Below are positions 26,432 to 37,000 of a stretch of 57,622 nucleotides of DNA, one piece after another. Numbering within the stretch: the first letter of the stretch is position 1; every line of letters begins with the position of its first letter. This DNA is from a virus (Duplodnaviria > Caudoviricetes), in IMG/VR virus record IMGVR_UViG_3300048837_002337, positions 1-57,622 of that record; one strand, given 5' to 3'. The notes beneath the pieces were generated by a model. It searched no databases. It was not told where the DNA came from and saw nothing but the letters and a program-made list of their open reading frames with translations. The position numbers and the translations under genes are program-made.

Positions 26432-27376
26432 ATGGCGCGATCCATCCTTCAGATCGCCCAGGAAGCCGCGGAGCGGGACAAGACGGCGCCCGCTCCGGCG
26501 CAGCTTTTCGGCACCAATGACCGCATCGCCCGCATCCTGCGGGTCGCTGCCAAGGACACCTGCCGCGACCTGATGCGGCAGACGGCCTGGATGGGCCTGT
26601 CCGAGTTCCAGAGCACCTGGGTGCTGGCGCTTGAGGCCGGCAAATACGCCTATCCGCTGCCCGAGGACTACCTGCGCTCGATCGTCAACACCGAACACCG
26701 CAACGGCTGGCCGATGGGGCTGATCGGCCCGGCGACGCCGCAGGTGTGGTCGGCCTGGCTCGCCAACGCGCAGACCGTGGCAACGCCGCTGGGCTGGCGC
26801 ATCCGCAACAACATCCTCTTCATCGACCCGACGCCGACGGCGGCCGAACTGGTGACGATGGAGTACATCTCCCGCTACCTCGTCGTCTCCGAGATCGAGG
26901 CGGGCGACTATGACGCCTCGGTGCCGCCGAACGCGATCTCGCCGACGGTGCCGCGCGACGGCGTGATCACCGGCGATGCTTCCGAACTGGTCTACGAGGA
27001 CACCGGGTCCGAATTCGCCTATGGCGCCGCGCCCGGCTGGGATGCCGCCGTCTGGGCGGCCGAACTCTCCGACATCCTGAAGCGGATCAACCCGCTCTCG
27101 CTCGCCGCCCCGGCGCCGCAGGTGCGCCGCGCCGAATTCACCGCCGACGCCGACAAGCCCGCCTTCGAGGACGATTACGTCCTCTCGCTGGGGATGACCT
27201 ACCGCCTGCGCCGCGCGCTCGGCAAACCCTATGTCGAGCATGCGGCCGAGTACGAGGCCGAACTGGACACCAAGATCGGCACCGACGCCGGCCATGCGCG
27301 CCCGTTCCACATCGGATCGCGTGAAACCATCGACGACGTCGTCCCGCTCGGCGGCGGCACCTGGATGGTGTCCTGA
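26432..27376 (+). CDS. Head-tail adaptor protein
   Basis: SILQIAQEAA start, YPLPEDY, FIDPTP motifs; position after the capsid gene. Confidence 0.75.
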   Translation: MARSILQIAQEAAERDKTAPAPAQLFGTNDRIARILRVAAKDTCRDLMRQTAWMGLSEFQSTWVLALEAGKYAYPLPEDYLRSIVNTEHRNGWPMGLIGPATPQVWSAWLANAQTVATPLGWRIRNNILFIDPTPTAAELVTMEYISRYLVVSEIEAGDYDASVPPNAISPTVPRDGVITGDASELVYEDTGSEFAYGAAPGWDAAVWAAELSDILKRINPLSLAAPAPQVRRAEFTADADKPAFEDDYVLSLGMTYRLRRALGKPYVEHAAEYEAELDTKIGTDAGHARPFHIGSRETIDDVVPLGGGTWMVS

Positions 27377-28839
27377 TGCGGCGCCAGGCGCAGATGCGCG
27401 CCGCGCGCGGGCAGGGCTATGGCGTGGGACGGGAAGTCAGCCTTCCCCTGCCCACGAACGGCATTCATGTAAATGGCAAAAATGCTGAAATATCAAACGT
27501 CTATGCGTCGGAGTTGAACAACTTTCGCACCGACGGCATTGACCTCGAACTGCGCCGCTCGGTGTCCTACGGGCCCGGCGACGAGATCGCCCTGCAGCGC
27601 ATCCCCTACGAATTCGGGGCGACGCCGGCCTATATCGAACTGCGCTTCGACCGGGCGCAATGCCTCGGCGCCGAACTGATGCGGCCCTTCTACGCCGATG
27701 CGATGGTCGGCTATCTCTCCGGCACCGCCATTCTCGCCGACGGCCACGGCGACCCCGTCTCCTGGAACGGCACCGCCTTCGCGACCTCGGCCTTCACCAC
27801 CGGCACCTCCGTGTCGCCGGCCGATCTCGACGGGATCGTCGTCCACCATGACCGCGTGTTCCTGTGGAAGACCGGGGGCGATCTCGAATTCTACTATGGC
27901 GATGTCGGCGCCGTCACCGGCGCGCTCACCCGCTTCCCGCTCGGGCGGCTCGGCAACATCACCGGGCGCCTGCAGATGATGATGCAGGTGACGATGGACG
28001 CGGGCCAGAACTCCAACGACGCGCTCTGCATCTTCACCACCACCGGCGACGTGGTGATCTACGAGGGCCTGAACCCGGGCGACGCGAACGACTGGAATCT
28101 GGTATCCCGGCTGCGGGTGGCGCCGCCGCTCACCCGCTACGGCACGACGCGGGTCGGCTCCGACGTCTGGTTCCTGACCGCGAACGGCGTCGCCTCGATC
28201 CTCAACACCATCTCCCAGGGCGTCCTCGCGCTGGTCAGCCCCTTCACCCGCCCGATCGCCGCCGATGTGCGCGCGCTGGTCGCGGCGGGCGGGCTCGAAT
28301 GGGGGCTGCACGCGACCGCCGACGGCTCGGCGGTCCTCATCAACGGCTATGATCCGGTCGCCGGCACCGGCACGCAATTCGTCTACGACAGCGAAAGCCA
28401 GGCCTGGACCACCTCGGATCTTCCGGCCCGGTTCTGGCACAACCTCGACCTGACCACCGAATTCACCCATGGCGACGGCCGCCTCGGCACGGTCGCCGCG
28501 GTGCAGGGCGGCGGCGAGAGCATCACCGCACGCTGGGCGACAAGCTGGATGCGGCTCGGCGGCGGCGAACTTGCCTACATCAAGCCCACGATCATCGCCA
28601 AGGGCGCGCTCGCGGTGACGGTGACGGTGCTGTCCAACCACGACGAAACCGCCTCCGACATCGCCGAAGCGGTGCAGGCGGTGACGATCCAGCCCGACAA
28701 CACCCCCGACGCCGGCGGCGGCCTCGTCTCGCTCGACGAGGAGATCGGCGTCGACGCCGTCGGCGACAGCTACAAACTCATCATCGAGATCACCGCGCAA
28801 TGGGCGAAGATCGTGAACCTGACGGCGGGCGTGATCTGA
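27376..28839 (+). CDS. Tail nozzle/hub protein (P22 gp10 / T7 gp12-like)
   Basis: 487 aa beta-rich (HHDRVFL, GDVVIYEG); position after the adaptor. Confidence 0.75.
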   Translation: MRRQAQMRAARGQGYGVGREVSLPLPTNGIHVNGKNAEISNVYASELNNFRTDGIDLELRRSVSYGPGDEIALQRIPYEFGATPAYIELRFDRAQCLGAELMRPFYADAMVGYLSGTAILADGHGDPVSWNGTAFATSAFTTGTSVSPADLDGIVVHHDRVFLWKTGGDLEFYYGDVGAVTGALTRFPLGRLGNITGRLQMMMQVTMDAGQNSNDALCIFTTTGDVVIYEGLNPGDANDWNLVSRLRVAPPLTRYGTTRVGSDVWFLTANGVASILNTISQGVLALVSPFTRPIAADVRALVAAGGLEWGLHATADGSAVLINGYDPVAGTGTQFVYDSESQAWTTSDLPARFWHNLDLTTEFTHGDGRLGTVAAVQGGGESITARWATSWMRLGGGELAYIKPTIIAKGALAVTVTVLSNHDETASDIAEAVQAVTIQPDNTPDAGGGLVSLDEEIGVDAVGDSYKLIIEITAQWAKIVNLTAGVI

Positions 28840-29315
28840 CCCCGCCACCCCCCCGCATCGTCGACGGCGTGCTTTACGGCGCCGATGTGCCGGTCGCGCG
28901 CTGGGTCGAACGCCGCGTCGCCGGCTACACGCTCCACGGCGGCGAGCGCGCCCTGGGCGTGCTGAGGGGCGAGAAACTGGTCGCGGGCGTCATCTACGAC
29001 CGCTTCAACGGCATCCACATCGAGGCCACCATCGCCGCCGAAGCGGGCTCGGCCTGGGCCCGGCGCGCGGTGCTGCGCCACCTCTTCGGCTACCCGTTTC
29101 ACCAGTTGGGCTGCCTGGCGATTTCCGTGGTCGTTCCCTCGACGAACCTGGCCAGCCTGAACCTCGCGACCAAGCTGGGTTTCACCCCGGAGGCCATCGT
29201 CAGGTTCGCCGCACACGACGGGTCGTCGTTGGTAGTGCTCAAGATGTTCCGCGACAACTGCAAATGGATCGGCGATCATGGGCAAGAAGAGCAGCAAGGC
29301 ACCGGCGGCGCCTGA
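28800..29315 (+). CDS. GNAT-fold acetyltransferase-like tail-module protein (start uncertain)
   Basis: VAGVIY...FGYPFHQLG...NLASLNLATKLGFTPE GNAT motif. Confidence 0.8.
   Translation: MGEDREPDGGRDLTPPPPRIVDGVLYGADVPVARWVERRVAGYTLHGGERALGVLRGEKLVAGVIYDRFNGIHIEATIAAEAGSAWARRAVLRHLFGYPFHQLGCLAISVVVPSTNLASLNLATKLGFTPEAIVRFAAHDGSSLVVLKMFRDNCKWIGDHGQEEQQGTGGA
29203..29238 (+). promoter_or_regulatory. Variant late promoter upstream of the ejection genes
   Basis: GGTTCGCCGCAC-N18-TAGTGC, 40 nt before ATG 29278. Confidence 0.5.
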
Positions 29316-30345
29316 TCCGCAGAAGACCGCAGCGGCCGAAGCGCAGTACAACCGCCTCGACACCTACAGCCCGACCGGCTCCGGCGAGCGCTACGGCTAC
29401 ACCGATGCGAGCGGCAACTTCGTGCAGGGCGTGGCGCCGACCGGCATGCAGTCGGCGGTCAAGATCCTTGAGAGCCCGCAGGAGGCGCTTCTGCGCTCGA
29501 TGCTGGAACCGGCCTCGATCTCGCTCACCCAGCGCGTCATCGACGACAACGTCGCCGGCATGCCGGATGCGGCGCGCGTCCAGGACCGCTCCGACGTCGC
29601 CTCCGACATCTTCAACCGCAACTTCTCGCTGATGAAGCCCGCCATCGAGCAGGGCCAGACCCGGCTCCTCACCAACCTGCAGTCGCGCGGCATCCCGATC
29701 GGCTCCGAGGCCTTCAGCGAGGCCTATGGCGCGCAGCAGCGCGAAACCGAGGACACCATCTCGCGCCTTGCGCAGGATGCGAACGTCGCGGCGGGCCAGG
29801 AACAGTCGCGCCAGTTCGGCCTCGACTCCGCGGCGCGCCAGGGCTCCATCGCCGAACTGGTGGCGGCCCTCGGCGGCGGCTACAACCCGCCCTCGCCGGT
29901 GCCCTCCGGCAATGCGCCCAGCATCAACTACTCCGGCATGGTCAACCAGAAGTACCAGGCCGACCTCAACGCCTACAATTCGGCGCAGCAGAGCAAGGCG
30001 CAGTCGGCCGGCGCCCTCGGCTCGATCGCGGGCGGGCTCCTGATGAAGTCGACGCGGACCTCGAAGAGCCTGCACGGGCAGGTCAACATCACCGCCGCCG
30101 CCGATGCCATCCAGAAGATGCCGCTCCTCGTCTGGCGCTACCTCGAAAGCCAGCGCCCGCCGGGCGACCGCGGCGATGTCCACATCGGGCCGATGGCCGA
30201 GGCCTTCCACGGCCTCACCGGGCTGGGCGACGACAAGACCATCTCGGTGATCGACTTCCTCGGCCTTCTCGCCGCGGCGCTGCAGCACACGCTCCTCCGG
30301 GTGCAGATGCTTGAGGCGAAGGAGATGGCGGGGAGGGTGCACTGA
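29278..30345 (+). CDS. Ejection/pilot protein with C-terminal Peptidase_S74 (intramolecular chaperone) domain
   Basis: MGKKSSKAPAAPDP start, Q/A/G-rich body, then S-TRTS-K...WRY...HIGPMAE...coiled coil. Confidence 0.8.
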   Translation: MGKKSSKAPAAPDPQKTAAAEAQYNRLDTYSPTGSGERYGYTDASGNFVQGVAPTGMQSAVKILESPQEALLRSMLEPASISLTQRVIDDNVAGMPDAARVQDRSDVASDIFNRNFSLMKPAIEQGQTRLLTNLQSRGIPIGSEAFSEAYGAQQRETEDTISRLAQDANVAAGQEQSRQFGLDSAARQGSIAELVAALGGGYNPPSPVPSGNAPSINYSGMVNQKYQADLNAYNSAQQSKAQSAGALGSIAGGLLMKSTRTSKSLHGQVNITAAADAIQKMPLLVWRYLESQRPPGDRGDVHIGPMAEAFHGLTGLGDDKTISVIDFLGLLAAALQHTLLRVQMLEAKEMAGRVH

Positions 30346-31049
30346 TGAACCTGCTTGGCAAGATGGGCGGCGGCGCGTCCGGCGGCATGCCCCGCCCGGT
30401 CCCGCGGCCCTCCTCCTTCGACATGCCCGGCCAGGAACGCACAGCCGGCGGCCTCTTCGGCTCCATGTCCTCGCAGCAGCGCTACGACCTCGCCCGCTCG
30501 ATGCTGGAACAGGGCATGGCGCAAGCCTCCGGCTCGACCAGCCCGCTCCTGCAGTTCCTCGCCCCGGTCGTGGGCGCGATGGGCATGGGGCGTCTGGAAG
30601 CCAAGCACGGCGCCGCCCGCGACGCCGAGATCGCCGCGATGACCGGGAAGCTGAACGGCGGCCAGCCGCTCGACCCGGCGATGCAGGGCTATGCCGACAT
30701 CCTCAACAACGAGAACGCGCCCGAGTACCTGCGCACGCTGGCGAAGGAACGGCTTCTCGAAACCATGCGGCCCTCGAAGGCGGGCGGCGGCGGCTCGGCC
30801 GCGCCCGGGCGCGCGCCCTCGAACACCGACGCGCTTCTCGCCTCGATGTTCTACAACGCCGGGCTTGAGACGAGCGACGGCGGCGTCGCGATCACGCCCG
30901 CCGAACAGGCCCGCATCGACGCCGTGACCCGCGCCCGCAGCCGGTCCAGCAGCGTCTCCTACGACTACGGGGCGCCTTCCGTCGGCTCCGAGAGCGACCC
31001 GCTGATGATCTCGCCCACCCCCGACAACGATCCGCTTGGAATCCGCTGA
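30345..31049 (+). CDS. Second ejection protein
   Basis: G/A/M-rich; ends DNDPLGIR; coupled on both sides. Confidence 0.7.
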   Translation: MNLLGKMGGGASGGMPRPVPRPSSFDMPGQERTAGGLFGSMSSQQRYDLARSMLEQGMAQASGSTSPLLQFLAPVVGAMGMGRLEAKHGAARDAEIAAMTGKLNGGQPLDPAMQGYADILNNENAPEYLRTLAKERLLETMRPSKAGGGGSAAPGRAPSNTDALLASMFYNAGLETSDGGVAITPAEQARIDAVTRARSRSSSVSYDYGAPSVGSESDPLMISPTPDNDPLGIR

Positions 31050-34000
31050 TGGCTGACCTGACGATTGCCGACGTTCGCGCCAAGTTCCCGCAGTACGACG
31101 ACCTGTCGGACCAGCAGCTTGCGGACGCGGTGCACCAGAAGTTCTACGCCGACGTGCCGCGCCCTGACTTCTACGCCCGGATCGGCCTCGCGGTGGCGCC
31201 CTCGGCCGCCAATCCGACCGCGGCCCCGGAAGACACCGCCGGCTTCTCCTCGGATCTCCTCGCGGCAATGGGTGGTAGCACCCCGGCACCGCCCAGGACG
31301 CCCGCCCCGGCGCAGATCGACGCGCCCGCCGCGCGCCCGATGCAGCCCGGAAGCCTCATCGAGGCGATGACCGGGCATGACGCGGCCCCGGTGATCGACC
31401 GGACCCGCCCGCCGAGCCCGCCCGTGCGCCCGCGCGAGGGCGGGCTCGAATTCGGCATGATGGGTGGTGCCTCGCCGGAGACGGAGGCCTGGGCGCGGCG
31501 CGAGATCGCACGTCAGGAGGCCGAACGCATTGATTTGGTTCGACCGAAGGACTCCCCCGGCATTGCCCCGGCATTGCAGCGGCAAGCCACCACCGCCGCG
31601 CCGGACCCGTTCGCGGGCGAGGGCATGGGCGATATGGCCGCCCGTCGTGGCCAGCAGTTCGCGCGCGGCGCCACCACCGTCATCGCCTCGGTGCCGGAGG
31701 CGCTGGAACTTCTCGGCCGCGACATCGTGCGCACGCGCCTGCCGACCTTCAACCAGGCCGGCGCGGCGCTGTCGGCCGAGCGCGAAACCCTTCTCGGGAT
31801 CATCGAGGCCGAGGGCGCGGAGAGCCAGCGCGGCCGTGCCGCCGCGTTGCGGCTGCAGGCGGTCGATGGCGAACTGATCCGCGCCGCCCGCCTCGTCCAG
31901 GAGGACGCGGCGCGCCTCGAAATCCCGCTCGAAGACACCAAGGGCTTCAAGGCCGGGAAGGCGCTGCGCGCCGCCTCCGAGGAGACGTTCGGGACGCCCG
32001 ACCCGCGCGACACCGGCTTCTGGGCCAAGCTGGCCGAGGGCGGCGGCAGCGTCGCGGGCTTCGCCGGCGCCTCGCTTCTCGGCGCCCCCCTGGGCCCCGG
32101 CGGCGTCCTCCTCAGCGGCGGGCTGACGGGTGCCGCGACGAATTCTTCGCAACTATACCAGGAGGCCATCCAGGCGGGTGCGGACGAGGAAACCGCCCTG
32201 CGCGCGGCGCGCATCGGCGGCCTCGTCGGCTCCTCCGAGGTGCTGCCGATCGGGCGGGCGCTGAAACTCCTGCCCAAGGGCATGCGCAACAAGGTCGGCG
32301 GCTTCTTCTTCAAGCGCCTCACCCATATCGCGGAATCGGCCGGCGAGGAAGCGGCGCAGGAATTTGCGATGCAGGTGGCCAACAACTGGGTTGCCAAGGG
32401 GTTGTATGACCCGGAGCGCGGCTGGTTCGATGGTGCAGGCGAAAGCGCCCTGATCGGCGCCATCCTCGGCGGCGGCATGGGTGCCATCGGCTCCGCGCGT
32501 GGCGAGGGCAAGGCCGACCAACTGCCCATGCGCACGCCGGACGAACCGCGCGAGCGGCAACCGCAGCAACCGCCCGCGCCGCTGACCGACCCGCTCCTGG
32601 CGGCGATGGGCGCTCCGGCACCTGAAGCCCCGGCTCCTGCGCAGCCCGCGCCCGCGCAACCGCAGGCCCCGGCTCCGGAGGCGGCACCGGTCCAGCCCGC
32701 GGCTACAACAAAGGCGCCGGAAGCAGCACCCGCGGCGCCGGAAGCCCAGCCGCAGGCCGATGCCGGCCGCTACGAGATCATGGACGAGGTCGAGACGGTC
32801 GACGGCGAGACGCGCCCGACCGGTCGCAAGGTCCGCATCGACATGGAGACAGGACAGGCGTCCGTGGTGGACGCCAACGAGGCCGCGGCGGGTTCCGACG
32901 CTGCAGGCGCGCCTGGTGGCGCTGATGCTGGTCAGCAAGGCCAGGAGAGCCAGCCGCAGGGCAGGGAGGCGAAAGGGGTGACGTCGCCCGCGCCCGCGGC
33001 TGGCGGCGCGCGCCCGGCGCCGCAGCGCAAGTTCCTCTCCCACGAGGAGACGCTGGCCATCGAAACCGACCCCGACACCTTCCAGTACAAGGGCGGATCG
33101 GACACCGAGGGCGTCACCAGCGCCCTCAAGGGCGTCAGCCGCTTCGATCCCAACCGCGCCGGCCAAGTGGTGATCTTCGAGACGAAGGACGGCCGCCGCA
33201 TCGTCGCCGACGGCCACCAGCGCACCGGGCTCGCCCGCCGCATGGCGGATGCCGGGCAGGAGGATGTCGGCGGCATGGCGGCGGTGATCTACCGCGAGGC
33301 CGACGGCTACACGCCCGAGGAGGTGATGGCGCTCGCCGCGCTGAAGAACATCGGCGAGGGCTCCGGTTCGGCGGTCGATGCCGCCCGCGTCCTGCGCAGC
33401 CGCAGCGAGACGATCGAGGATCTGGGCCTGCCGCCGAATTCCGCCCTGGTGCGCGATGCCGAGGGGCTGCGCCGCCTCTCCGTCGACGCCTTCGGCATGG
33501 TGGTGAACGGGGCGGCGAGCGAGCAGCACGGCGCCATCGTCGGCCGCGCGGTGCCGAACCAGGAGGTGCAGGCCAATATCCTCGGCCTGCTTTCCCGGCT
33601 GAAGCCCGCGAACGCCTTCCAGGCCGAAACCATCGCCCGCCAGGCGGCGGCCGAGACGACCACCGAGACGCAGGACTCGCTGTTCGGCCCCGAGGAGATC
33701 GCCACCAGCCTCTACCTCGAACGCGCCAAGGTGCTCGACGGCGCCGTGAAGGCGATCCGCGACGACATCCGCACCCTGACCGACCGCGCCGATGCGATCA
33801 CCGGCGCCGGTAACGTGCTGGCGAAGGACGAAAACACCCGCCGACTGGACGCAGACGCGAAATTGCGCGACTATCTGACGTCCCAGGCCAACATGAAGGG
33901 GCCAATCAGCGATGCACTCGGACAAGCAGCCCGCGCCGTCAAGGACGGAACGCCCGTCGCAGCGGCAACTCGACGCTTTGTCGAAGATGTCCGCAGAGCG

Positions 34001-37000
34001 CTTGAAGGCGATGGGACAGGAGGCCAAGCGTCTTCGGGAGGAAGAGGCGAGCCTGAAGGCCAGCCGCGCCAAGAGCCGGTAAGCCCGCCCGAGGGCGATC
34101 TGCTGGCCGCCATGGGGGCGACGCCGCAGACGCAGACGCCCGCCGCGAAGCCCGAACCGGATCTTCTCGCCGCGATGGGGGCGGCACCGGCGAAAAACCC
34201 GGAGCCGGATGCGAAGGCGAAGGCCGAGGCCCAGGTCAAGGCGAAGCAGTCGAAGATGGGCACGACGACGCCGCAGGGCGACGCCGGTCCGCTCTTCAAC
34301 GCGCAAGCCGACATCGAGGACGCCAAACCCGCGCTCGCGACGACAGCCGCCGTGCGTCGCGCCGCTCTCATCGACGAACACACCAAGGGCCCGGAAACCC
34401 CGCCGGAGGAATTCGCCGACCTCTTCGACCAGCCCGAAGGGCAGAAGCTGATCGCGAAGATGGAGGGCAAGACCCCGAAGGAGCGCCGCGCCATCGCCGA
34501 TGACTGGGTGCTGAAGACGGGTCGCAAGGCCGGATCAGAACACCTCGTCGTCTTCGACGCGCAGGGCGTGCCGGTCATCATCGCCCGCGGCGGTCGCGCC
34601 TCCATCTGGGTGCCGGAATGGGCCTATTTTGCCGGCGACGCCGGCGATCTCGGCTATGCGACCCACAACCACCCCGGCGACGGCGGGCTGTCGGCGCAAG
34701 ACCTCGTCTCGATGATGGCGATGCAGATCGAGATCAAGGCGATGGGGCACGCGGACGTCGTCCACGGGGCCAAGCCGGGTCCGGTCAAGCCCAGGAACGG
34801 GCTGCCGCCGCACAGCGAACGCACGCTCACCTTCAGCGAGGCGATCCGCTATGGCGCCGACCGCGTCCACGCCGGACTTCAGGACCGCATCAATGGCCTG
34901 ACGGGAGACGCCTTCACGCAGAGGGCGGCGCTCTACAAGCGGGCGCACTATGCCATCCTCAACGTCATCCTTCACCGGATGGGCATCATCGAATACACTG
35001 GCGACGCCGACAGGGTGATCGCCGAAGCGGGAGTTCAGGTCGATGACTTCATCGAAACAGTCGAAGCGGTCGTTCTTGATGGGTTTGGACGGGCCGGATT
35101 CCTTGTCTCCGAGATCCGAGATCACCTCCGCGCTGGAAAGCCTGAAGGCGATGGAGCCGACACCGGCGGTCGAGGCCGAGCGGAAGCGGCTGAACCGGCT
35201 GATGGAGACGGCGACCGAGGCGGGCGGGTTCGCCAGGACGGCAAGCCAGAGGTAAAGGACGACTTCGGCGCCGCGCTCGATGACCTCTTCGGCGCGAAGC
35301 CGGAGAAGCCCGCGCGCTCGAAATCAGACATCGCGAAAGACCTGGGCGACATCTTCGGCGAGGATGGCGACCTCTTCAACATGCCGGAACAGCCGAAATC
35401 CGGCCTGACGGCGCGCGAGCGGGCCGAGATCGAGGCGCGCCAGCGGCAAAGCAAGATCCGCCGCGCCAACCAGACCCGGGTCGAGGACGACCTGCAAAGC
35501 CTCTTCGGTCACGACCGCCAGGGCAACCTGTTCGGCGAGGGCGACATCGACGAGGCCAAGTACGCGCGCGCTGCGCCGGTCTTCAAGGAGGCCCTGGCCG
35601 ACATCGACGTCGCGAACACGCCGCGCAAGGACGTCTTCATCGCCATGATCCGCCCGCTCATCGCGGCCGGGCTCAATCGCCAGGCGATCGAGAACATGCG
35701 CCCCTACTTTGAGCGCTTCTTGAACGACGTCGACCGTGGTATCATCTCTCTTGCGAAGGGAACGGAAGATGCACAACGCACCGACGGCAATCTGGAACGC
35801 GATCGCGGAGACGCAGCCGCTCAAGACGGCCTGGGCAAAGCAGATGTTCCCGCTGCCGGAAGACCTGATGGAAAAGGCGCTGGAACGGGAAGAGGCGCGC
35901 CTGATCAAGGAGACGGGCGACAGCCGGGTGGCGAGCGCCTACCTTCTGGTGATGCCGCTCCTGTGGGAACAGAAGGCAATCCGCCGGTTCAAGGAAGCCG
36001 GGGGGCCGGGAAACAGCCTGCCGATGGTGGAAACCGCGCAGCAGGCCGCAATCCTCGCGAGCCGGGAATATCCCCTGACGAAAGCGCAACTGAAGCTACT
36101 GTCCGACATGCTCAGGACGGCCCCGAACTAAAGGGCCGCGCCGCCGCGCAACGCGCCGCCGACGAGCGGGCCCGGCGCGGCATCAAGCTGGGCGACGAGG
36201 AGGACGTGCGGGCCACCCTGCCGCTCCTCAAGCCCGAACAGCAGGACGACGTCGTCAAGATCGAGCGCCGCTTCGCCAAGCCGGACGGCCACGGCATGAT
36301 GCTGACCAACGGCACCGGCACCGGCAAGACCTATTCCGGCGGCGGTGTGATCAAGCGCTTCGCCCAGGCCGGCAAGACCAACATCCTCGTCATCGCCCCC
36401 TCCCAGGGCATCCTCGACCACTGGGCCGAGGCGCTGCACGATCTCGGGCTGAAGGCGAGCAAGCTGGACGACACGAAGACGGCCGGCGAGGGGATCGTGC
36501 TGACCACCTACGCCAACGTCGGCAAAAACCGCGCGCTGGCCTCGCGCGAATGGGATTTGATCGTTTCCGACGAGGCCCACAAGTTGAGCCAGAACGCGCA
36601 AGGCGACGCCACCTCGGCGCTCGACACGCTCCGCGCCATCTCGCACCGGCCGTCCGACCTCTGGCGCAAGTCCGAGATGATGCGCGCCGCGGAATGGGAC
36701 CGGCTGCGGGCGATGAAGGACGGCGAGGCCAAGACCGCGCTCGCCCATCGCCTCTACGAACAGCGCAAGCAGGACGTCGAACGGCTCTCGCAGCGCCCGC
36801 GCGCGAAGGTGCTCTTCCTCTCGGCCACGCCCTTCGCCTACGTCAAGAACACCGACTATGCCGAAGGCTACCTCTTCGACTATCCGAAGGATGGCCATGT
36901 CGGGAACAGCCGCCAGGGCGGGCAAGCGCTCTTCATGGTGGAGAACTTCGGCTACCGCATCCGCTATCACAAACTGACCCGGCCGGACGCGAACGTCGAC

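Noticed and set aside
34802-34837. CGCCGCACAGCGA resembling the late-promoter box
   Set aside because: Lacks the GTTT part and has no YA -10 element at 18-nt spacing.
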